Virus record (IMG/VR): IMGVR_UViG_3300017774_007351
Reading direction: 5' to 3' (one strand)
Source: an uncultured virus (IMG/VR IMGVR_UViG_3300017774_007351)
Taxonomy: Duplodnaviria; Heunggongvirae; Uroviricota; Caudoviricetes
Length of the DNA stretch: 56,823 nucleotides
Shown: positions 30,094-42,000 of the stretch, in pieces
How the letters are laid out: every line of letters begins with the position of its first letter
Position numbering within the stretch: position 1 is the stretch's first letter
Translations under genes and position numbers: made by a program
Notes under the pieces: generated by a model
The model's input: the letters and a program-made list of their open reading frames with translations, nothing else
What the model was told of the DNA's origin: nothing
Databases searched by the model: none

Positions 30094-33000
30094 TTATGCT
30101 AGTCCGGAAATATCTAGACCACCATCGGTTGCGTTATTTAGTGAGGATCTCATTTTAGCGTTATTGTCTGATATACTTGAGTTTGTGTTGTTAGTATTAA
30201 TTGCTACTGACTCTCCAACGGATCTACCTATTATATTTTTAATAGACTGCTGTGAGAAGTCGAAATTACCATTCATAGAAATGGTTTCTGGTAAGCTAAT
30301 ATCTGATATCTTGTTTGCTGATGATGAGAAACTTTCCGCACTGTTTAGCATGTTTTTCCCAGTTTCTGCAAACTTAGTAGCTGAAGTAGACATAGTTTCT
30401 GAAAGTCCTTGGAAAGCAGAATTAGTTTGGCTAATAAACTCGTCAACCCAAGCTGGTTTTTCCATAACCATATTTTGGCCAACACTATTTAATACACCGG
30501 TTTGAACAGCAGTATCACCAGGACGATTAACGGCATTTTGTGCCGCCATACCTCCATTTTCTAGATATGAAGCTCTGACATATCCTCCATTATTTAAGTA
30601 TCCTACAACGCCACCTCTTGAATAATAGCCAGTATTAATAGCTCCCATTACATTCTGTTGTGATGGTGATAGTCTAGTATCAATATTTTGGTTTTGTGTA
30701 CCAATTAAAGCTCCATTAGAAGCATAACTAATAGCTCCATTATTAATTCCTTCTAGTAAAGGCATATTCTTTTTAGCTGAATCTGCATTAACAACAAACT
30801 CTCCATCGCTTAACATAGCAGGAATTCTATCTTTTCCTTTAGCGATTAATGCTCCATTATTAGCATAAATTAATCCTCCTGTTGCTCGATTCTGAGGCTT
30901 TTCTTCTTCTGGATATATTGCGCCCAATACACGATCAGCTGCTCCATGAGCATCTAAAGCTTGATCTATCCTATGAACTGTTCCATGATTTATCAGCTCT
31001 GGTCTTCGAGTTAGTTCAGCCAAACTCATTGGTGTTCCTAGAGGATGCTCTAATGCTGTTGCAGGATTTAACGCTAGTGTTGTTCCTGTAACGCCTTCTC
31101 TTAGTTCTATTTGAGAAGAAAGAGATGATACTCCTTCTGGCATTAATTCACCAACTCTACGAGCAGCAACGTCCCTGGTAATCCCAGCCTCTGCTTGATG
31201 TATTTTTATAAGCTCATTTTGTAACTGTGCAGGTGTTTTTCCAGCCGTCTCTCCTAAGTCTAGTCCAAGACTTTTAGCTGCATTAGACACACCATCCATT
31301 GCTGCTGTGGAGCTAGGATCGAAAGGTCTAGTGGCTAAAGCCTCAGTTAAAGCTGATTGTTTAATATCGTTTACAATAACAGCAGCTTGATCTAAGCTCC
31401 CTCCTTTCATTAATCCTTCTTTAGCATAGTTAATAGCGCTTTCTGCTGCTCCTCTAGGATCAAGAGCACCTTCTCCAATATGAGTAAAATATGCCTTATC
31501 TCCTAATCCGCCCGCTACTGTAACCCCTTCTGCTGATTGAGCAACTCTACTGAGATCTCCTCCAGCTGCTTCTGCAGATAGGGCTATTGTGCTTCTTGTT
31601 TGTCCTGGGAATGTAGTTTTTGGTAATACTCCAGGATCTCCACCCGCCCTAATAGCAGCATCTTCAGCATTCCACCAACCTCCTTTTGTTCCATGGGCAG
31701 CATCTGCTCCTGTTGCTAATAGTCTATCTGTTGCTAGTGTAGTATCAGCAGCATTCATAGCTAGATTTGCACCAAGTTCTGGTGCTCCCATCTTAGCGAG
31801 AAGCTGTCCAGTTGTAGCTCTTCCTTCTCTAAATAATTGAGGAGCATTACCAACACCCTTTAGTATATTCTCAACAGGATCTAAGCCTTTTTCTCCAGCT
31901 AAAATATTAGTAGAAATAAATGCTGCATTTTGAGCGGCAGATAGTGCTGTACCGGCAGTAGATCCAAATTCTCCTGTTACTGCTTCTACGTCTTTTTTAT
32001 CTTGAGTAGCTGTGGCGTATGTACTCTCAGTTAAATCGTTTTGACCAGAAGCGGTGAGTAGATAATTACCGGTATCAGAAGCTCCTGCGTAGGCGCTTTT
32101 CCCTAAAGAGTCCATATACCCACCAATCTCTGCTGAAACTTGGTCGTATGTTTTTTGGTCTCTTATTCCAACAGCTGTTAAAGCTTCATTTTTTGCTGCT
32201 GCATAAATACCAGGGACAGCTAAAACTCCTGCCCCAGCAACTTTAGATGCTCCATAGATACCATAACTTAAATCCTCTAAACTTTTCCCTGCTCCGCCAA
32301 CCCCGGCTAATAATGGATTATCGGACATAATTAGAGGTCCGACTGGCTTTAGTGGTTCTGGTCCATTTACTCCAGTAGTTAGTAATTCTGGTGTTTTACT
32401 TGAAGTAAGACTTAGTGTTGGAACTGGAGTCCTTGAGCCCTCCGCTAAATAAATCAGACCCCCTCTACTCTTTTCTTGAACTTGTGCTGCTTCTAGTCTT
32501 TTTCCAAAAGATTCTACAGCAGATGTATGTTTATTTGAACTAGAAAAAATTTCCTCTGTTAGCATTTGGGGGAAATATGCTAAAAATTGACCAATTTCTC
32601 CTGCTGATTGATACCATTGTCTATTAGCATTATCTCCCTGATTACGAACATCTACTACATTTTTAGATTGTCTACCGCTTTGAACATGATCTCCATATTT
32701 TAGATATGCTACTCCTCCCTTTTGAAAACCTCGACTAGATGATCTTGATCCACTGTTAATAGCTTTTAGTAAAGGAAGGTGTTCGGATGTGGCTTTTGCA
32801 TTAACTACGAACTCTCCGGGAGTTAGCATTGCTGGAACCGTATCTGTTCCTTTTGGAGAAAAGTCTATAAATGATCCAGCGCTTGCGTATATTAATCCTC
32901 CCGTTTGTCTTTTCTGTGCTTCTACAATTTCTGGATTATAATTAGCATATGTTTCTACCGATGGTAATTCTCCAAATCTCTGCTTACCCCCAACATGGTC

Positions 33001-36000
33001 ATAAGCTAATCTTGCATTATCATATAGCATCGGATCATTATTGGCCATTAATTCTTCTAGTTTTTGATTAAAAGATAATGCTTCTTGAGTATTTGGATCA
33101 ACGATACTATTATCATATAGATAATCAGTTCCTGGCCAGTTTCTTAGTGGTGGTATTACTATTCCTTCTTCTCCGCCATACCAGTATCTCATTGTTCTTA
33201 ATGCTTGATCAAATAGTCTGCCTGTTGTTGGGGTAAACAGTGGGGTTCCATCTGGTTTAGATGCTGTTGGTATGCGAGAAATAAATTGATCTAATAATAA
33301 TTTTCTAATATTTCTATTTGTATACTGATTATAAGGATTTAAAGCTAAGCCATAAATTGATTCATATGTTTTACCAAGATCTTCTGTCTTAAAGTCTTGT
33401 AAATCTATGTCTCCATCAATAGTGCTTTGATCTATCTTTGAACCTTCCATCGTTTTGGCAAACGATTTTTGTTCATCTGGACTTAAATTGGATCTTTCTA
33501 ACGCCTTATTTACATAAGAAGATTTCCCGTTCATTCCCAGAGACAAGAACATCTGTTCTGCTGCTTGATACGAAGACGGATCTCTTGGTGCTTTTAGTAC
33601 AGCATCTGTCAGATAGCTCTTTAGATTAATGGATCCAGTATCTCCAACAGAGAGAGCATCAAAGGCTTGTCTAGCCCCATCCAAATAGGTGTAGGCTTGC
33701 ATCATACGATCATAGGTAGCAGGATCTTTATCAGCAAAATATCTTGCGTTTGTATCAATAATTCCAGCTTTGTCATTAAAAATAGTAGCAAGACCACCCA
33801 TATATGATTTAATCATCTCGTTAGGAACTTCAAAGATATCATTAAATCTACGATTCAGAGTAGGACGGAACCAGTTTTTACCCAAAAGTTTTGGTAGTTC
33901 GTATTGTGATCCAGATCCGAATAAGTCTTGTGCTCCTAATATCATAGCTAAAGAGGCACCAGGATATTCTAGTGGGTCTAAAAATCCATCTCCTGGTTTA
34001 TCTCCAAATTTTTGTTTGTTTTCTTTATTTTTAGTATCGTTATTTTCTTTTGTTAGTTCTTTAGCTCTTGATATTAAATAATCTCTAAAGCTAAGACTAG
34101 TAGAATCTCCAAAGATATTAGGAGTCTTGGAGAATAATTCGCCACCTTGTGCTCCAACAGAAGAGGCATTTGTTAAGAATCCAACCTTATCAGCAACCGA
34201 AGATAATGTAAAGAATTTATCTAAAGATGATTTTTCTAATTTTTTCGCTTTATCACTATCATATCCATCAGTTATTACTGAGTTTAAATATGTTAATATT
34301 CCATTGTCTGAACTGATAAAACCAGCAATTTGTTTTTGTAGCGTTTCTTCTGTACGTCCAGCGTCAGTTGAGAATAGTCTCTTATTATTTAGCAATAAGC
34401 CTTTAAACGGATTATTATCAGCACCACTTTGATTAACTAAATAGGCTGGCTTACCACCCAAAATATCCTCGTCAGATAATGTGTCAGTGTCACTATTCCA
34501 GAATTTATTAACGTACTTACTAAAATCTATTTCATATGGCAATGATAGGTCTTGTGAAAGAATTCCATTTTTAGGGATTTTGATTAATCCTGACCTAGGA
34601 TCTGATACTACGTTTGGCGTAACTAAAGAAGTATTATTTTCTACTTCTCTCTGTAGTGCACCCCTTACATCCTCCCTGATGGGGATTCCAGCATCAACCC
34701 AAGGAAGTTTGCGAACATCTCCACCAGCTTCTGGCAATATATCAAAAGATTTTGGAGATTTACCGTAATACGATAAATCATTATATCTTGCATCTCCCTT
34801 GATGCTGTCTTTAATTGCTTCTAGATATTTACTATTCCATTCGCTTATTGATGTGCTAAACACCTCTATGTTATTTTTAGTTGCTCCTAATGAGCTTAAA
34901 TCAAAGAGTTTATCTTCTATAGAAGCCGACACTACTGATCCTTGGTATAATTTTCTTAATACTGTAAGCTCTTGGTCCATTTGACGGTCAGAATCAGTTG
35001 ATCGTAGTTTCTCAAGACGAATAGCCTTATCTGCATTATTTAAATTGTTTGTAATATTTTGTAGTTCTAAAAGATTGTCTCTACTGCTTTGAGGTTCAGT
35101 AATAGCACCAAGTCCTTCTTTTGTAATATAATTACTAAAAAAGCTTTTATCAGATATTTTGCCACCATATATCTCTGGACGAATTGATTTTCCCTTTAAA
35201 GAAAAGTCTGGAGCTTTTTCTTTTTGAGAAGTCAAATACTGTGAAAGAGTGGCGGCTCCTCCTGAATTAGGACTTAATAGCCCAACATCTTTATCTATAG
35301 TTTGAGATAAATTAGAAAAATTTATTCTACTAAATTTGCGTGTTCCATATCCCTCAGATTTAACAGTAGCTGGATTGCTGGTAGTTAATCTTGAATTTAA
35401 TGGTAATATATCATAATTAATACCTTGGGTTTGTAATTTATATGAATTAGAATCTATTTGTAAGTCTTGTGGCACGGCATTTGCGTTTTTAATTCGTTCA
35501 ATTCTATCAATATATTTCTCTAGTTGTTTTTGGGCCTCAGCTTCTGGTCCATCAAATTCTAGTTTTTTTCTAGTTTTAAGAGATTCTACAGCTTCTGATC
35601 TCCCTGATATAAATAGTCCTACTGTGTTAGGCTTTATGTCTGGAGGACTTACATAACTCTTACTTAGTACAGTATGGTTAAAATCTTCAAGACCACTAGC
35701 GATAGCTGATGAAGATACCGGGTATCCAAATCCAAGAAAACTTTTTGGATTATAGTTTTTGGTAGATGGTCCTTTTTCTATACTTAGAGAAGCAGTACTA
35801 CTACCATAACCTGAAAAATCCTTAATCTTTTGCATATTTTGAAAAGTAACATAAGGCTCTAAAGTATTCTGTAGCTCGTCTAAATTATCGATTTGTGGAT
35901 ATTCTCCTGCGGTAGAGAATTTGCCGGATTTTTTAACTTTAAGAGATCCTCCAGTATTGTCTTTATATTCTGGTTTCAGTGAATCTGTAACATAACCGCC

Positions 36001-39000
36001 ATCTGCATAATATCTAACCTGTCCACCATTTTGGTATCCATTATTCATTCTGCTAAGATTATTAACTCCAATACTATCAACTGCTGACTTTTTCATTACA
36101 AATTCGCCAGGAGTTAACATTGCAGGAACAGTATCCGTTCCTCTGGATTGAAAATTTACATAATCACCACCAGCAGCATAAATTACTCCTCCAGCAGCTT
36201 TCATTTGTGGTTCTGCTGGTCTCATTACTGTTGATGGATCTCGAATACCATTAACAATGTCTTGAATTTGTTTTTCGTCAAACTTAACTCTTGTGTCATT
36301 AAGAGCCTTGGTTAATAGTTCAGCACTAGAACTCACTATTTCTTTTCCTATATCTTGACTTAAAGTAGCTAGTGCTCTGTTATAATTTCCTTGTTGCTCT
36401 GTAGCTTTTCTAAATGCATCAGCAGCTAATTTGATAGCAGGATCCGCTTCTGGATTTCTTATAGAATTAATAATTTCAGCAAATTGTGGATTTACACCTA
36501 CTCCACTATCTCTTAATAGGTTTTCAAATACGTCAGCTTTAAGATTATTAGCCTGTTGATTATTTCCAATCAAAGGAAGAATGTCGTTCATAACACTCAT
36601 AACTTCTTTTCTTTGATCTGCTGTTTGAAACATTTGTTGACCAGCAGCTGTCTTTTGTAGTCTTACCAAAGCATTATTAAAGCTATATAGTTCTTCCGGG
36701 GTGCTTCCAATTACTTTTTCTAGTAATGAAAGTTTTCCTGCTTGTTTTTGTTGTGCAGATTGAAGAGCGCTCATAGCTACTGATGCTGCTTCACTATTAT
36801 CTGCTAAGTTTTTAAGGGCTCCTGCTGTTTGATTAATTTGATAGTTTGTTTTTGATAATGCTCTTTCGTTATCAATAATAGCCTGAGTCGATCCTGGTTG
36901 TCCAATAGATCTATTCTTTAAAGCATCTAAACCAGCTTGTTGGTTTCTTCTTCTTGCTTCTAAACCATTAATATTGTCTAGAATATCTGAAGCACTTGTT
37001 GGCCCGCCTGTTATTCTGGCTGTTTTTTGATCCCTTAATCTAATACCCATTATTGGATCAACACTCTCACCGAATGCTCTAGATAGTTCTAACGATCCAT
37101 TAAGAACAATCTCATCTGCTTTATTTCTTCTAGCTGATGATTCTATTTGATATTTAATTGATTCGTTTATTTTTTGATTATAATCATCAAGAGCCTTCTG
37201 TTGATTTTCTAAAGCTCCAACTACAGCATTTGATGCTGATTTTAGCGCATCAAAAGTATCTTTAAGAGCAGGAATAGCATTAATTAGTTCTGCAAAATCT
37301 ATTCTTTTATCTTTACTCCCACTACCTTCCTTCTTTCTGATTTGCTCTACTGCATCCCCTATCTGCTGAGATAGTTGATCAGATAGGTTCTTTGGCAGTC
37401 CGGTACCGGCTAGTTTACTCGAAACATTTCTATCTATTGCCATAGATATCTTAGTATCTGATACTCCACCAGGATTATCTTTAATGGTTTTATTAATAGT
37501 TTCCATTATAGACGGCTCAAGCTCTTTGCCTAAATTAAGTATTGTATTAATAATTCCTTTTTCAGTCCCAAACAAAGATGAGCCGCTACTAGCAGCAGAT
37601 CTAAACTCTCTGTCTGATGACATGTTTGGATTTTTAAGTACATTAATAGCGTCTAGTCTGGTACTTCTTATCTCTGCTTGACCTGAAAGAGATGCCGTAG
37701 AAGCTTCTAGTTGATCATTAAATTTAGCTAGAGTAAAATTAGTACTATCAATAGACTGAGTCATATTATTAATAAGTCTGTCAAAGCTCATCGAGAATTT
37801 TTTTGCATCTCTATCAGCGCTCTCTGAGAGTCTTTGTCTTTCAGAGTTTTTAGTTATCTTATAAATTTGCTCATCTCCGTAAGCCCTAATAACTGCTGCT
37901 TTAGCTGCTTCTTTATTAGCTATAGTTGATCTATCGATCTCCATTATTTGTTCTTGTACTCTATTATTAGCTAATGCTATACTTTCTGATAGTAATTGAA
38001 AGTCTCCGGAATTTCTTAAGTCTTCATATGAAGAACCAGTACTAACTTGGTTTTCTATATATCTTTGAGCATAATTTGAGGTATCAGAAAATTCTTTAGC
38101 ATATCCTTGTGCTCTTTCTGGAGCTAATTGTCTAGCATAGGCGTCTCTGGTTTGACTGCTCATATAAGAATTCACATATGCAGCTGTCCCATATTTTTCT
38201 AGAATTTTGGATCTGTCAGTAGCTTGAGTAGTTTGCGAACTGTCTAAAAGATTAGCATAAAAAGCCTTTGGACTTGTGGCATCAAGATTATTGATATTTT
38301 TACCTTCAGATAATCCTGTTCTAATTTCTCTAGTAATATTATTTGCTATATCAATATCTGTAATATCTTTACCTAGATCACTAAACATTTGTTCTAAATT
38401 AGATATTGCTAATTGAAGATTTTTACTAGAAAGATTTTTCTGAAATTCAATAAAAGCATTTCTAGAATCTTTGAGATAAGTAGCAAATGCAGCCACAGCT
38501 GATGCTGCTACAAGATATGGTGCAGCAGGGCCTCCGATCTGACCAGCAATATTAAGACCCGCAGCAAAAGTGGCTCCGGCTCCAGCCACACCAGCCATAC
38601 GACCTGCTCCTTCGGCTGTGGATGAAGCGCCACCGTAATTTTTTACCAGTTCTGGAATAAGTGCTATTCCAACTTTCGTTAGATTACCTAGTCTACTATT
38701 TAAAGCATCTGCAACTTTGTCTCCAAACCCTTTGATCTCTAAAGAAGGAAGATCTTGGCTTTTTGCTATTTCGTTTAGAATTTCTCTTCTTTTCTCTACC
38801 TCTTCCTGTGCTAGCCTTCTTGCTTGTTCTAATTGTTTAGCTTGTACTGTAGGAAGCAAAGCACTAAACATTTTAGTACTAGTAACCTCGTTCTCTTTCT
38901 GTTTAATTAATTGCTTATCCATCTCTGCTAAAGTTTTACGATCAAGACTAGATCTGCTAACGTATTTAGCAATATCTTCTCCAGAAATATCCATTGCTGT

Positions 39001-42000
39001 AAATTCTGCTTTACTTATACCAGTAACTCTTTTTGCTGCCTCTAAATTAGCGGTATCTTTAGTTCTAGCTCTTTCTTCAGGTGTATTAGCGGCTTCTTTA
39101 GCCATTCCTAATATATCAGACTGTGAAGCCCCGGGCATTCGAGCTTGAAGTTTAGTAACTGCAATTTGTTCTTTATTTCTTTGGATAATTTCTTCAAGCT
39201 TAGTAGCCATAGCTAACACTTGCTGCTGCGCTGCTCCAGAACCTCCAGACTTTCCTAAGTTAGACTCTTTAAAGGCAGACTCAAGAGCTGATGACCGACT
39301 AACTTCATTTAATGACTTTGATCTAATCTCATTAAGTTTTTGCTCTCCTGCTATTATGGTTGCTTGAGAAGCTCCTGCAATTTTTAATCTTTCTAAGTCA
39401 ATCTCATATGCTTTTATTGCTGATTGATAATTAATGTCGTCCTTGCTTTTTATTATTCTTGCAGTTTCTGAAGATGAAACACCTAGCTCTTGTATGGCAT
39501 TAGACAACTCAATAAGATCATTTTTTGTAGAATTATCTATTCCTATGGTGCCAGATGTGATTGAATCCGGTCTAACTGGAGTTTTAGCTGGACCAACTTC
39601 CAGTATAAATTTACCAACTTCTTTTATAAAATCAGCGATCCCACCATCTGCAAATGCTAATCTTCCACCAACCATACCACCAGATGCAAACTTACCAAGC
39701 TTATTCATTGAATGAAGTTTGCCATATCCAATCTTTTCTGCTGAGGCTTTTGGAAATACAAATTCTCCAGGAGTTAATAGTGCTGGAACTTGGTCTACAG
39801 AGCCACCAGCAGCATATCCCGACATTGAAAATAGCTTATCTGCGCCAATACTGTTAACACTATTCTTTTTGATTACAAAGTCACCCACATTAAGCGTGGC
39901 AGGAACGGTGTCGCTATTGCCTACTCCGGGAACAATACCTCCATTAGCAAATCTTGGTAAAGTTTTATAGAAATCTTTATTTAATCCGGCAGATCCAAAA
40001 ATGCTTTGTAATAAGCTAGCTGCCCCTGAGTTACCTTCAGCTGCTGCATTTAATAGCACAGGAATAAGTTCATTTCTTCCAAGATCCTGATGAGCATTAC
40101 CTATGATTTGTAAAGATTCATTACTTGGTGTTGTTTTTGCTTTCTTAAAAGATCCTAATGCTTCATCTATTAAAGCTGGACCATATGGAGAAGCAGTATC
40201 TGGTGTTGGAAAGAAATGTTCTAACTGATACGTTCCCTTCCCTGTGTATTTTGAGTTTGATTGATCACTATACCATTTTTCAATATCTGATTTATTAGAG
40301 TCTATAGCAGACTGTAGTTTGCCCATTATCTCTGGATAATTATCATATAAGAATCCTTGAATATCATGAAAAGATTCGTGAGCCAAAGCTGCTTTATACT
40401 TACTTTTTCTAACATCAATAATATCTTCTTTTCCATGAAACATCAGGTTCTGATCAACATATCTTTTTAATACCTTGTACTGCTCGGGGCTAAGACGATC
40501 TTTCTCTTCTTCTAATCTATAGTTTAATGCTTTATAGGGTAAAGCTCCATCAAAGCTTGCGGGAGGAGCGTCTGGATCGCCTGATTCTCCTGATAGCATA
40601 CTAGATAAAAACGATTTTTGTTTTGGTGATCTAATTTCTATGGGCTCAGACCCACCATCTGAAGTTCTAAGTAATCCTTCTTTAGATAAGAATTCTGGAG
40701 GCAAAATACTACTTAAAATTGCTTTGTATTTCTCCATACCTGGATCAACCTTACCGCCAGAAGCCATTTTGGAATAACCAACAGTAAACTCTTCGCCATC
40801 ACTATTAGAGGCAACTACAGGTTCTGAAGATCCTCTTTTTTCTGAAAAGAATGAGCTCATTAGTGCTCTATAATCTACCTTAGCAGATGACCGTACTACG
40901 TCTGGACCATTGATAATACTGGGGCTCTTACTATATCCACTTTGTAAAATCCAAGCTGGGTCGTTGGCTGGGGGCCATGTTTCTTCTTTACCGTATAATT
41001 TGGGATCTATCAAAGCGTTATTAAGAGTCCAATCCGATGGTTTCAGTGGGGTTTTCTTAACGTCTGATCTATTATTAAAGTAGTATTCCCATACATTTTT
41101 AGCATCCCCACTAACTAATGATCGATCTGATGTTAACATTGCTCCTTTTTCAGTAGCAGCTTCCATTAGAACGTCATATAGCTTTGGTCCATAGCCACTT
41201 GTAGCACTAGACAGACCAACATAATATAAGTAATCCCTCATCTTATAAGCTGTAGCATAGCCTGATCTAGTATCATTTTTAAAATATCCGGCATTGATCA
41301 TGCCACTGTCTTCGGTGAGACCTATTTTACCATATTGTTTATCTTTTTTCTGTTGTGGTTCAGCAACTCCTCCTACTGCATATCTAGTAGCGTTACTAAT
41401 ATCTGAGCGAGCTTGTGCTATTCTTTGAGCATCTGTGAGTATGGGTCTATAACCAGCATCCGTTGGCCCCTTAAGCATTTCTGCTAAAGCCAACTGTCTT
41501 GCTGTAGACACGTTACTTTGTGGTGTTAAATCTCTCAATAATTCTGATGGGTCTCTTTTTAGTGTGCTATTATTTTTTTTCTCTTGTATTCTTTTTGCTA
41601 AATATTGTTTAAATTCTTCTTCATTATACCCATAAGTGTCTGCTGTCTTTTTTATCTCATTAAACTCTTGATCGCTTAGTCCGGTACCCTTTTGTAAATT
41701 GTAGACCGAAGGCCCTAATCTTTTTGATACAGAAGTGCTGAGTGGGGATAACCCAACTCCTGCTTCATAACCAACTTTTCTAGAAGCTTTTCCTCCTTGT
41801 GCAAATCTGGCTACTGGTTTTCCTGATTTATCAAAGCTAAATGCATCTTCTTGTTGTGGCCAAGGACCATAATTTTCAGAATAATATCTGGTGAATTCTT
41901 CTTTTGCTCTGCCGATATTATCTGAACTAAGGGTTCGCTTAACTTCTGTGGGCCAATCTGGAGCAATACCAGGGAAAGCTTGAGCTGCAGACATGCCAAG

